Shown: positions 14,118 through 26,600 of the stretch, one piece after another
Layout of the letters: every line of letters begins with the position of its first letter
Position numbering within the stretch: position 1 is the first letter of the stretch
Source: Yuukianura sp. NJ FZ-2021
Taxonomy: Eukaryota
Direction of reading: 5' to 3'
Assembly: GCA_046563655.1 (NCBI GenBank)
Contig: CM102290.1
Span: forward strand, 2,108,001 to 2,172,000
Length of the DNA stretch: 64,000 nucleotides
Program-made: the position numbers and the translations under genes
The notes under the pieces: generated by a model
The model's database searches: none
What the model saw: only the letters and a program-made list of their open reading frames with translations
What the model was told of the DNA's origin: nothing

Positions 14118-14419
14118 CAAGGTTGCTGTAGCAACGAAATAGTTTTGCCTTAACAGGTTAGGCAATAAGTCCTGTTTTCAAAAAATCTTGAGTCAAACAA
14201 TTTTTCCTGCCGTTTTTGTTTTTTCTACTATTTTACTACTTTTCTAATTAGAATTTGCCAATTCAAAAGCCATCTCTTCGAATTTTTTAATTCTATTTAC
14301 CATACGAACCGCGATTAAAACTGGGTGAATTCAGTTGGAAAATTTTTCGCAAAAAACTTGAAACTCGACTTATTGCCTAACCTGTTAAAGAAAAAGTATT
14401 TCTTTCTTTATCTACCTTG
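14118..14419 (+). mobile_element. hAT-type MITE, family C (short form)
   Basis: CAAGGTTGCTGTAGCAAC...CTACCTTG; perfect 8-bp TSD aattattt; both ends match 40583-41154. Confidence 0.9.
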
Positions 14420-15907
14420 AATTATTTGATCCATTTGAAGCAAAACGGTAAGCAGGACTTTCACTCTTACGCTGCGGTTTTGAGTTTTTGCCACTTTTTG
14501 CATCGTTTTTGAAACGAAAACTCCAAGTACTAAGTGTTCGTGGTTTCTAAAATATTTTCACGTTCCGTTTGATCTTTTACTTTGAAGTTTTCCAATGAAA
14601 AAAAAAGTTACAGAAAAATTGAACTTTGAAGACCGAAAAGTTAAGTTTAAACCGGAAGTGAAATTCTTTAAAGCAATGTCTTTTTTTAGGTTTTAGATTT
14701 TGAAAATCCAAGAATTGGCGCAAATGTTGGAAGAGGCAGAGACAAGTGAACATCATCCTCCACTCTTAACAAAATTGAAAATTCGTATCCAGCCATAAGG
14801 GGAAAGAGAATCAGCGACATCCGTTTGGAAGTCGTTTTTCCAAGTCTTTTTCCAGCAGCCTCTGTGAATTCAAATCGAGCGTTTGGCGTTGTTCGAGTTC
14901 TGGAGCGAGCGGGAAATAACAATTTGAAAATCTCTTGTTTCATTATTTGGTTCCAAACGGGTTGCCCATTTCCATTTCTCATACTTTCCCCAAAGTCAAT
15001 GCAAATTCCAGAGACCCTCCAAAACTTTCCCCAGTGGAACATTTCAGTCGTAACGCTGAATGAGCAGAGTGCGTCTTGTGAGCTCGACAATGGAAAGCTC
15101 CTTGGCGCCAAAAAAAAGTTCTAACGGTTTCACAAACTTTAATCAAAATTATGTTCAAAAAAATTAAAAATATTATTTGTAGCTCTGGAAAAGTTTTTCC
15201 AGATTCATTCTCTCCGTTTATTTTTCCCAATTCAGTCAAAGTAAATAACAAAGTTTGAATTTTGTATTTGTGAAAACCAAAAATAAAAGGCGGGAAAGGA
15301 AGCGAGTTTTTTCTAACAAGATCTAGCAAAAGGCTTCCATTGTCTCTGAACCATGTTTTTTTTCTGTTTCCTGGAAATTTATGTGTCGGAGTCCATTTCC
15401 CTGTTGTCCTTGTGTGGCTTTGGCCTTTTAGCCTTGCATTCTTCTGTCCCCCTTCCAGAACTTTGTTCTGGAAAAGGAAAAAGTGTGTTGCACGGTGACT
15501 GTTTGGATTCTGTAGGACACTTTTCCCCTAACCTAAAACCTAATTCTTATGGGTGGAAGTGGAGTAGAGAAAGTATTTCGCTCAGAATTCCATTCCATAT
15601 CATCAACTTTCCTGGAAGGGGAGCCAAAGCACTAGTGGAGAAGGAGACTAATGGTCCACAGTCCATTCCACAACTGATGGCACAAGAGGTCAGAGGTCAC
15701 AAATCCACAACGCACATTTCGCCAACATTTACTGCCTATTCAGTCACACCCCTTTACGAGGCGTTGGCCTAAATTCGATCGAGAATTTTTTTTAAAGCTA
15801 CCTTGCTCCCGATTCATTTTTTTAGCTCCACCTATGAAAACGAGAGTGAAACTTTTAAATTAAAAGTTAAAACGATCAAAACACTGATATAATTTTCTCT
15901 TTTTAAG

Positions 15908-16137
15908 CAAGGTTTCTTGATAATGAAAAATGAATTTTCTTTGACAGATTGAGTACTACCTCGCTTGAACAAAAAAAAATAAAGATTGGGTACCAACCCG
16001 TATGTAAAATTTAAAAAATTCGGCTGTATTGTTATAACTACGATATCATAAAATGAAAGACACTCTTCATTTGCAAAATCTAAGAAACATGAGATACTAC
16101 TCAACCTGTTAAAGACAATCAAAGCCAACAAACCTTG
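15908..16137 (+). mobile_element. hAT-type MITE, family A
   Basis: CAAGGTTTCTTGA...CAACAAACCTTG; flanks tttttaag/gttttagg (6/8). Confidence 0.85.
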
Positions 16138-16777
16138 GTTTTAGGTTTCACATGCCGCCATTTTTAGATGAGAGTTAGATGAAATTTAGTTCTATGCACT
16201 AGGAAGTCCAAATTTTGAACCCGAGCAGGTCAAAAGGTTAAGTCCGTCGTATTTTAAAGCCAACGGAGTTACACAAGCATGCATACATGCAAATGAGGAG
16301 GGTGGTTGAGGGGGAGGGGAAAGAATGTTGCTGACTAAGCTTGACAGGAAGAGAATTGGTGGTTGGGGGGTTATGGGTGTTGGTGGGCCTATGGAAACCC
16401 GAAAGATATTCGACAGAGTCAGTGAGAAAGTGAATTACTAGAATATTTGTTATTCCTAGAAAATGGGGGCAGCAGAAGCAGCACAAACCGTGTTCTCAGC
16501 TTTCACTTCGTTGCTTCAGATTATAATAGAACAGAGGAAAAGATGACGACAGGAAAAATCGTTTGAAAACGAACAAGAAGAAAAAAAACATTCCCTGATT
16601 TTGCATATTTGAGAGAGGTCACAAAGAAAGTACGGGAGTGAAAAAGCGGGAGAAAGTAACGCGTGTCTCCGAAATCCGGTTAATATTGTCGTTCTCGGAT
16701 GTTGGATTTTTTGGGCGCGTTGAAAATCGGAAATCGGAAGAGTCGTTTTTCTATTGTTAGAAACAACGGAGGAATTC

Positions 16778-17086
16778 ATGATAGTAGTAGCACTACTACC
16801 TACTTTTCAAGGAACTTTCCGTAGAGCGAGTTTTTTTCAAGGAAAAAGAGTCGTTTTGAAGGAGAAAATTTTTGTTGAAGAGTCGACAAGTCTTCGTACA
16901 GCGGAACGGCGACGTCCAGTGAAGCAGAAGAAGAATCTCCAAGGTAGTAGTCACGGTCACGAAGGATATTTCGACTGCTACGGTGATGCTGCTGCTGCTT
17001 CTGTTCAACACAAAAGGCCTAACGCTGTTCAGCGTTTTAGTCGGACTCTCTGGAAATCGCTTGGAAACTTATTCTGGTATAAATAA
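16778..17086 (+). CDS. Possible small orphan protein (102 aa) or terminal exon
   Basis: Relatively GC-rich ORF MIVVALL...RTLWKSLGNLFWYK* preceded by an acceptor-like ttgttag (16760) and followed by about 1 kb of UTR-like AT-rich sequence; no recognisable domain. Confidence 0.3.
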   Translation: MIVVALLPTFQGTFRRASFFQGKRVVLKEKIFVEESTSLRTAERRRPVKQKKNLQGSSHGHEGYFDCYGDAAAASVQHKRPNAVQRFSRTLWKSLGNLFWYK

Positions 17087-17774
17087 GAAATTCCATATTT
17101 TCTTTTTCACAGAAGGCAAAAAAAATGTAGAAACTAGAAATTGAGATACGTTCGCTCACAACGTCTTTTTCCTTTAGATTTTCTTTTACAATTTCTTATA
17201 GTAATTTTAACTGGTCTTGAAAAAAAATGAAAGTTTGAAGTTTGTTTCGAAACAAAATGACCTTGAATGACTGAGTTCTTTGATTTTGAAAAAAAAATCT
17301 GTCATGAATAGTTGTAGTATGAAGTAGAAGTTAGCATAGGTCATGTCATAAACTTTTTTTTTCGGCCAAACTTTTCCAATCTTTGTGAGAAACATGTTTT
17401 GTCGTGGTCACTTTTCAGTTGACAAAATTTAAAAACTTCTGTTTTATAGGGTTTTTTTTTTGGTTTACTCTAATTCTTCTTTTTTTTTGCCAGAAAACTT
17501 GTTTTGAACGCTTACATTAAAGTGATCTACGCATGAACGTTTTACTCCAACTTCTTTTTTGAAATGTCATTTTCTTTTTTCATTTTTATTGGTCACAATT
17601 TGAATAAATTTTTGGAATCAGAGATCAAATCTTTAGATTCAAGTTGAATTATAGTATTTATAGTTTAATACTGACACAGTAAAGTTTTCATTATTGGTAC
17701 TATTTCATAAAAATTGTAACATTTTTAATAACGGGGGTTTGCCAAGGAACGTTTGCCAAAACCTCACTAATTAT

Positions 17775-17943
17775 CTTGGTTGGAGTCAACCAGAATTGCA
17801 GTTGTTGTAACCATTAATCGTCTGCGGCTACCAAAGAAGTTCAGGTTAACTTTGTTTTTAATTTTGTAGCCATGAAGTGTAACTACGTTAGTTTCTACAT
17901 TGTGTGGTTACAACAGATGCAGTGCGGGTTTACCTCAACCAAG
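17775..17943. repeat. Foldback/MITE-like inverted repeat
   Basis: cttggttggagtcaacc..tgcagttgttgtaacca mirrors tggttacaacagatgca..gggtttacctcaaccaag; inner ggctac/gtagcc. Confidence 0.55.
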
Positions 17944-18669
17944 CTTTGCTACTAGAGACGGAGACGGACATTTTTGTTCTCCCTGCAGCCTTAATCCCGT
18001 AGTTCCGTGTAGCAATGATATTAATAATATTTTATATTAATACGTCATATTAAATATTTCGTAAATGCTTTATATTATTATTATTATATTATACAAATCT
18101 AGCAATAAATTATTAAGTAATAATTTATTACTGAACTTGCTAAATACTTGTATACTTGAATAAAGTAGTAAAACTTGGTTTTATAGTAATAGTGCCGAAA
18201 TGGAGGTCAACAACAAGGGTCAAAGGTCAAGTGACTAAGAATTTCTAAGAAACGGTAATTTTTTTTTCTCTCTCCACTTTTTTTTTTCAAACAGGATTTT
18301 TTTTCATTTGACCTGTTTGAACAAGAGAGCAGATGGGTGAGCACAGGTCAAAACATTATATTCGTTGAAGTGAAATTACTTTTTATACGGTTTAATAACT
18401 CATGTTGAAGCCGGACGTTTTCCTTCTGCAAACGACATACTCGACTTTCTCTACAATTTTTTTCTCCCGCTCACTGGAGTAAAGAAAAAAAAATCCAACT
18501 AAACATCGTATTTTTTTCTTACGAGAGATCAAAAAATGTAGGAAATAATTTTCATGGTGGAACTCAAACAACGCCACTTTTTAGTGGCTGTATTTAGAGA
18601 GTTTCGTGATCTCCAGAAATAAATCTCTGACCTGGAATTGTTTTTAGTATTTTGTTAAGTTCGTTAGGT

Positions 18670-19621
18670 CTATTCAACCCCTTCATAGTTTTCGTCCAGT
18701 GAATGGAGCCAATTGAATATGAAAATGTTGCGTTCTAATTTGGACAACGGGCGCCCGCGCTCCCGTTCCACATCTTTGATAGTCAGTTCTTTGGCAACAA
18801 GTTTCTTATTTGGAACAACAGTGGGACAAGAGGAGGGCTGGATCAGCTGATCCTGATCATCAGCAACTGCCGATGCGGGTGTGGCAGAAATAGAAGCAGT
18901 AGTGTTCGAAACCGGCTCTGCGATGGCACTCTGAGCAGCGCCCCCTGGCGCCACGAGATTGACGACGTCGAATCCACTCTGACTTAACTTGTAAGCAACG
19001 GACAACCGTTTTCGAATGTAGAGTTGACGCACTTTTTTGTTGACGGATCGGATAAGATCGGCAGGCGTGAAGGAACCGAGCCGACCTTGGGGCGAAGGGA
19101 GCTGAGAAGTAGAAGGGACGTCACCCACGAAAACACGCGTGGAGCAACTTCTGGAAGGAATGCGGAACACGACGTCACTGTGCGTGAGGTCCAGTTCGGA
19201 CGCGGATTTACGCGACAGCGGTTCCACGGCCGTGGAAATGTCTGACGTGGAGAAGGACTTTGAGCCCAGAACTTTGAACAGAGTGCCAAAGTTTTTGATG
19301 AGGTCGTTCTCTTCGTCAATCCAGAAGGACCGATTCGAACCGTCACTTGTTTTGGGTACATTGAGGCGATGGATCGGCGAAGGGATTCTCGCAAAGGGGT
19401 CCAAGTTTGTAAGGGACAGCAGGGAGACTTCAATGGACTCGTGACTTGGAGAGCGAAATACACGATTCGAAGCGTTCTGTATTAACAGCATGAAAAAATT
19501 GGAATGTCAAAGGTCAGTAATGTGAGCAGCCTCATGAGGTCAATGACCTCAGAATACTTTTTTCATTTGTTAAAATGAAATTACTCACCTGAATCTGAAT
19601 GATTGGTTTCTCTTGGGACAT
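18670..19621 (-). CDS. Uncharacterised 279-aa protein; exons 19621-19589 and 19476-18670
   Basis: MSQEKPIIQIQ|gtgagt...atacag|NASNR in phase 0. Long ORF with Ser-rich low-complexity segments and two ordered-looking blocks (SFTPADLIRSVNKKVRQLYIRKRL; LSKLERNIFIFNWLHSLDE). Confidence 0.8.
19537..19549. promoter_or_regulatory. Perfect IR1 element (EcRE consensus) in intron 1 of the uncharacterised gene
   Basis: GAGGTCA-A-TGACCTC, with a further AGGTCA at 19511-19516 in the same 112-nt intron. Confidence 0.55.
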
Positions 19622-22602
19622 TTCATAGGCTAGTGCGGTCTCCGCCTAACACTTTCTTTACTTTCACTTAGCAGCCATTCCTTCAAATTGTAAATAAAAG
19701 CAAATTACTAGAAAAAAATTTCAAATTTGAAATTTGTAATGTCATAACCGAATCCTGAACTGAATTTAACCCAACTCTAACAGAATGACAAAATAATGAT
19801 TAACAACATCAAAAGTTACCTCCCTATACTGTTTCTTTTTCGTGAGGTGCTATTTTCGCACCTAAAGTGCGAAGCCTAATTGACTGAAGTGTGACCTTGA
19901 AGTGGTTCTAGTTTAGGAAATAAATTGGTTTTCGAATTATCGATTGTGGAAAGCATGCGGAGAACCAAAACTTTCACCTGATCAAATTACGTCTTTCTGA
20001 TCTCAATTTCAAAAACTGTAAAATATTCCCGCCTAAATCAAGAAAATTAAGTATACCTTGTTGACCTTGACCTCCCTTTGTTCTTTGGCGAGGTCGTGAA
20101 CTGCAGAATGGTATTCCCTTTTCTATATCCAGGTTAATTAATTCCATGGAACGATTCCACTCACACTTTTGTAAAATTGAGCTCTCTGAAGACACTTTGT
20201 AGGGATTCCGAGTCTCCGGCTACTACCCGAATTCGGGTATTTAGCCATTTGGAGCTGGAGTGAGCAGGAGCCTCTGCGCAGAGGAGTGAATCAATAGAGA
20301 AAGTCATCGTGGAGAGCCCATGGCCTACCTTGCACAATGATGCCGCTCCCAACTTTCTCCGAACATAACCTAACTTCTGCGTAACCTAAAGCTCTCTCTG
20401 TATTTGGGCTACAAAACGGAAGGGAATTGGCCTGAAGTGGTTTCCCTCACTGTAGTAACACGAGTGACATAGTCAAACAAAAGGCAGACACAACGCCGTG
20501 TGTGGCGTACGACCTAATCAAAACTGTTCTGATTTTCACACACTTTTGTTACAAATGTTTATGAAATTTGAAGAAAGAAAGCAAACACTTTCTGCACAGC
20601 AGCAGTCCTTCTTTCCCTTTCACTGGCCATAAAAAAAATCAAAATCTGAAGATTTCATTACAGATTCTCTAAATGCATTTTATTTTGTCTTATTTTTAAA
20701 GTCAGTATTTTTGTAACAATATTTAAAAAAAAATTTCTGTCAATTTCAATTTGTACCTAAAATAATGCCCGATTTTTTTTACACTTTCACTTTAAACTAA
20801 ACTTTTGAAAGGTGCAGAGCTTAGTAGATTTTTGGAAAGAGTTAAAAAAAATTACACTAATTTAGGTGCAAATTTTATTTCCTAATTGTTAAAATCGTTT
20901 AAAGGTTGTGCGGGTGTTAAAGGTTGCGTCAAGTGGATTGTAAACTGTTTGAAAGTGTTGAAAACGAAGCCTTTGATGCTACATTACTTTCTTTGATCAA
21001 CCAAACCTCCATTTTTGTTCACTAAAAGGAGAGATTCTGCTCAAAGAAGAATGAAAAGTACCGTATTTCTCCAACTACAGTCATTAAATTTCCGTTTTTC
21101 ATGGAAAGTGACACAGAGAAAATTGGTTTTTGAGGGTTGTAGGCTCCGTTTAGCGGTATTTTTTGAACGAAGGCTGTGAAACTGTTTTGCGGACAAAGGG
21201 AGTGTGCACCTCTGGCGGAGCCCATGGCAAAACAGGGAAAAGGTTTTAGATGTACAGGAAACATGATCGGGTGGCGAAAGAGAGGGTGGGAAAGGCTTTT
21301 AAGATGCATTAGTGGGATTAGTGGAACATGCCGTTGAATATTTCTGCCTCCAGAACGCTGAAAACGCTGCAGCTTCCTTCCAGCGTCCGACTCATCACTC
21401 ACAGGAGAAAGCAAACTTTCTCCATCTTCAGCCGAATCCAGCTCCCACGCTCACAATTTTCAGCGGCCCGTACGCTGTCATTACATTACATGTCCAGCCA
21501 TCCCGTTCCACTTTTTTTTTTGACATTGGGCCCAACTTCTCTACTCCCGCCAATTTCAATTTCAATTTTCTAATCTAACCACCAAGTCTGTCTTAGTTTC
21601 CCGCCAATTTCAAATTCGGCCTTCCAACTCTGCACAGTCCTGCCAAATCTAGTTTGAGTTGTTCAGTTCCAGGGGTTAACTTTTTTTGGGGGGTAAAATT
21701 AAAGAAAAGAAGTGGCGCGAGTTTTTTTTTATTTTTTTTTTTTTATATTGACGCTGGCAACAGTGTGTTTTGTGGAGCAGAAAGCTTTTGATTCATTCCA
21801 ATAAATCAAAGACGCTGCTTCAACTCAATCAGCGACAGTCACTTCCTGTTCCTTGTCATTTCTCCGCCTTCCGCCTTTTTGGTTTTGTGTTTCCCTCTAT
21901 TGCTTTCCTTGTTTCTATTTTTCATTAGGGTGTGGACAATAGTTGGAAACTGCGGAGACTTCTGAATTAGTTTTGCTACATTTCCTTCTTTGAGTCTCCT
22001 CTCAATTGCCTTTCCTCCCTTTGTGCCTACAGTCGTCCTTTTAATCAAGGAATTAGTCCATTTCCCACAAAAGACTCCAAGGACACAACAGAAAGTGATA
22101 CGCCAAGGCAACAGAAAGTAGTGTTCAAAATGAACCTCATTTTCTGTCCCAATTCGAACTTTCCCTCCAAATTTGAAAATTGGCCCAAAAACTGTTCTTT
22201 TTTGGTTGTCTCCTGACTTACTTTCTCCTCTCTTTGTTAAAGGGATTCAGTGGAGGAGACACAACGGAGAAAGCATAGAATCATCCCTCATAGCAAACCA
22301 AACCTTTAACTTTATCAAAAGTAACTCACAAATCTTCCACAGTGTCAAAACTCGAACAAATATATTTTAGAACAAATGTAGCCAATCACATTTGACCCAA
22401 GGTCAATTCTTTACACAAAACATTATAGAACAAGAAGGCTTCTAGCATTTTTATCTAATTTCTAACATCTACTCATGAGTAACACAAAAGCGGGAACTTT
22501 AAATCAACTACGTTTTGATATTTTTACAAAGGGCTAGGTTTCAACTCGTTAGAATTTTGTCTTGAGTCATAGGATTTGCAGTTTCTTTAGACTATTTGTA
22601 AG

Positions 22603-22853
22603 CAAGGTTCCTTGACAACGAAAAGTTAATTTTCTTTAACAAGTTGGGTACTATCTCGCTTGTTGACAAAAAAATGAAAAAAAAAACAGTTAGTACCAAT
22701 CCAACAAATTTTTACTAATTAAAAATTTTTTTAATGTATTGTTAAGACTACGATGCCCCGAAACGAAACGATACTCTTTTTTTGTTCGCAAAATCGAAAT
22801 AAACATGAGGTGTCACCCAAACTGTTAAAAAAATCAAGAGTCAATAAACCTTG
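22603..22853 (+). mobile_element. hAT-type MITE, family A
   Basis: CAAGGTTCCTTGACAACG...TCAATAAACCTTG; flanks share tttgta (TSD with a 1-nt offset). Confidence 0.85.
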
Positions 22854-23108
22854 CTTTGTAGGAGTTGGAGACTCTAATCAGGTTCAGTTGACGCATTAGT
22901 GACCTCTTGACCTTATGATGTGTTCAAGTACACTGCACGCTGTCTTGGTTTAGAGATCAAATGAGGACATGGGATTGGCAGAGTTGCAAAGATCAAACAA
23001 AAAAGCCACCACTCAAACTTTTAGTCCTTCCTTTGCAATTTTTTCTTCCTTTCATTGGAAATTAAACAGGGAACTTAAAGTAGAATTTTTGTTCGAATTT
23101 GGACGGAA

Positions 23109-24260
23109 ATGATTTTGAAATTGGACTGGTGGGAGACAGGGTTTGTCTGGCGAGTTGTTCTGTTAATAGCTACGGTGGGACAGTTCGTGGGTCCGTGGCT
23201 TGTTTCTGCCATTGACCCACCTACTGACCCACCAGAAAGAACTACCGGATGGCTCGAAGAACAAATTGATAGTTTTGTGAACAAGGCTCAAGAAAATGGT
23301 GATCCCACGGATATTCAAATATCTTCATGCAAAATTTCCGGTCAACAACTGGTGGCTACTGCTCAGGCGACGATTGCGCGTGCGCTAAAGGGCGCATGTA
23401 ATCCTGGTTAGTTTTGCATAGAGGACTATTAATTTTTAATTTCAAAGGTCAAGTTGGTTTTTTTTTTATATCAAGGTCAATTTGAAGACAAGTTTCACAA
23501 TCTAGAAACGCAGCTCGGTGAACAGCTCAATGTCATCAAAACAATGATCATCAGTCTGGAAGAAAAAGTTGTTCAAATGGATCAAGATTTAAAACGGAAT
23601 TTGCGTGGTGGGGCAAGTGTGACAATAGGACAAAATACAGCCACTCGAAAGCCTTTCCAACCCACCTCTCGCCCTCCCCCGTTAAGTCCCTCGGTGACCT
23701 TGGACGATTTGACCTCTGACCCCGACGACCTAAATCCCCCAAACACTAATGTATTCCCCAGAAGTGAAGAAGTTGCAAGGTACAACAGTACAGTGGCCAT
23801 TGAGAACGGACGACGCGTGTTTTCTTACTACTGGGCCGTTCCTGGCATGAGCTACAAGCTGCGTAGTTGGAGTCTGCGCAGATCACTGGAATCGACCATT
23901 TTTTACATCTTCCCGGGCGGCTATCGCATGTACTTGAAAGTAATTCCACGCTACACTCCAGATACGATGTACGTCCTAGCAGGGTTGACTCGTGGGGATT
24001 ACGATGACATGCTGAGCTGGCCTTTCAAACTCAAAGTTCGAATCTCTGTTTTGTCCATGGAAACACACAGTGGAGCAGAGGACTTGCGATCTCGCATTTG
24101 GGATCCTACTGTACTCTGCTCTGGAACGAACTGGCGTAAACCCATTGGTGGACATAATCCAGAGTGCCTCGGACTCGGATTCCCACATGATGTGATCAAA
24201 TCCTCAGAATATGTTCACAACGACCAAACCATCATCAAATTGTCCGTCTATCTTGATTAA
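23109..24260 (+). CDS. Signal-peptide + coiled-coil + MATH (TRAF-C-like) protein, 360 aa; exons 23109-23406 and 23476-24260
   Basis: Hydrophobic N-terminus ending VSA|IDPP; phase-1 GT-AG intron; heptad segment FEDKFHNLETQLGEQLNVIKTMIISLEEKVVQMDQDL; MATH motifs FYIFPGGYRMYLKV, LTRGDYDDMLSWPFKLKVRISVL, YVHNDQTIIKLSV. Confidence 0.88.
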
Positions 24261-25619
24261 TGGCTCTCAAATCCTCTGCAAGTTGACCTCTTTCCTCTCC
24301 TGAACAATCTCTTCAAGAGCACATACCACTTTTCAATTCATTAACGCCTTCAACTAAGGGACACTTAAGTGCTACACACCAAACTTACTCTAAATGAACT
24401 TGATTTTGGCACAAAAAAAAACTTTGAGAAAAAAAGTTTCTAAAAAAACCACTGGAAAATCGCTGGAATTCTAAATGAATCTGCTCATCCTTTTTTTCAG
24501 TTTCAGATAATTTGTCAACATACAAGTTTGGAATTTTTTGTTAAACAGAATAGGTTTAATACAAGAAATTTTTGTTTTTAGTGTTAAAATTTTTCCAAAT
24601 TGATTGTAATGGTAAATAAAATTAGTAACTGCAGAAAATAGCGCCGAAATTTTGAAGAAATGAATCCAGAAAAGCGTAAAGAGGGAAAAGGGCCAAGGAT
24701 TTCACTTTTTTCTAAACGAATGAAAAAAGGAGCCTCATGGACTTTCACCGCTGAATCTTCGGGAGTTAGCAAGCTTCTTGCCTTTTCAAAGTGCTCAGTT
24801 TTTAATCCCAATGTGAAGAACTTTGTATTATGTTTTTCTTAATATTCTTTTTTAGAAAAAAGATTTTGAAAACTAAAAGTTCAGGTAAGAGACAGATATG
24901 AATTATAATGTAAGAAGTGCGTCAATGTTCAATTTCTAAAGCTAGTAAACGGAAGAGGAAGTTTTCCTTGATAGCAACAAAAAAGTATTGGAATTTCCAG
25001 TACTTTTATTTTATTGATTTATTATACTTTTATTTTATTTATTTCTCATTTGGAAATAAATATGTGTAATAAGTCAATAAAATCAATAATAAATAAATAA
25101 CTACTTGAATTAGAATTCCGGTCCGATTCTATCTGAACTGACAACGAACCTAGTTTCCATTTAAAACACATTCATCTTTTCGGTTTTTCAAATTTTACCA
25201 CCCGAGCTCCAACATGAAAATGAAAGTAAAAGTAAAAACTTCTTTGGATTCTCAGGTTTTTTTTATGCAGCAATCACTTTCACCATTCTGTCGCACACAC
25301 GACACACGGTTTCCCTTAAGTAAAAATTTTAAAAAATAAACTTTAATAAACTTCAAACTTTAAAATTAGAAAATAAGCGTTCCTTTAAATTTTATATGCC
25401 GACAACTTGACATTCCAAAAAAAAAACAAAAAAAAAACAGTTTTTGGAAAATTCGAGATAACAGACAGAAACGTTGTGCATTAGAGGTCTTATTTCGGCA
25501 TCGGATCGATTAGGAATTAATTTTGGAGTGGAAATCTCTTGTTGTCAATTCCAAAACATTATAATGGCTCAAAATCAATTTGAACAAAGTGCTAAATAGT
25601 CTATGTGCACTCATCCATC

Positions 25620-25879
25620 CAAGGTTTCTTGACAACAAAAATTGAACATTCTTTAACAGGTTGGGCACTACCTCGCTTGTTAACAAAAAGAAAACGAAAA
25701 AACAAAAATCGGTACCAATTTGGTACCAATTCACATGCAAAATTTAAAAAATTAGGCTGTATTGTTATGACTAAGATGCCCTGAAATTAATGGTTACTTT
25801 TTTTTTGTTGCAAAATCAGAAAACAAAAACATGAGGTATTACCCAGCCTGTTAAAGAAAATTAAAATCAACAAACCTTG
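25620..25879 (+). mobile_element. hAT-type MITE, family A
   Basis: CAAGGTTTCTTGACAAC...CAACAAACCTTG; flanks catccatc/catacatc (7/8). Confidence 0.88.
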
Positions 25880-26600
25880 CATACATCAATCTTTGCAAAT
25901 GGCTGGATTTAATTTGACGCTAACTTCAGGCACACTGTCATCCTAACGACATATTTTTTAAACCCTACAGCAATTCTAGAGTTAAGGGGCCATGCGAAGG
26001 TCACTTGATATCACCCAGGTCACTACGGATTGACCTTCGTCATATCCGCTGTGTGTTGAGTGTCGTATGCATCACCCTTGTTATAAGTTGAGGTCAAGTG
26101 ACCATTTGAGAGGTCACGTTAGGCTGTGAAAATGGATTTAGAAGGTGGGTGTGGGCGTTCTAAACAAGAGTTGCCCATATTTGAGGCAGATGAATCAACA
26201 AACTCTTGAAAGTTGAAGACTTTTAAGCCTCAAGGTTAAGCTAAGTTGCTAAATATGGTGGAATTTAATGAATCAATGAATTGGAGGGAGGTCATTCGTC
26301 AACATGGGTGAAGAAGGCCGTCGTCCCTTGACCTCCAGGGTTAACAATTTGCAAGTTGAGTGCAATTGATGCAATAACTGCAATTTAAGCATCAGACAAC
26401 CTCTAAAAAACGTCTCGTCAGACTATCCAACACCCACAACTGTCTAAAAACATTCAAGTTTTGACTGGCGTCCCACACATTATACATTGGGTTATAAGAA
26501 CCTCAACACAAATGCTATTCACCTCTAGTCGTAAATTTTACTCTGAAGACTCTTGCCTTTAAAAATTTTTTTAATTGATTTTTTTTAGTGAATTTAGAAA

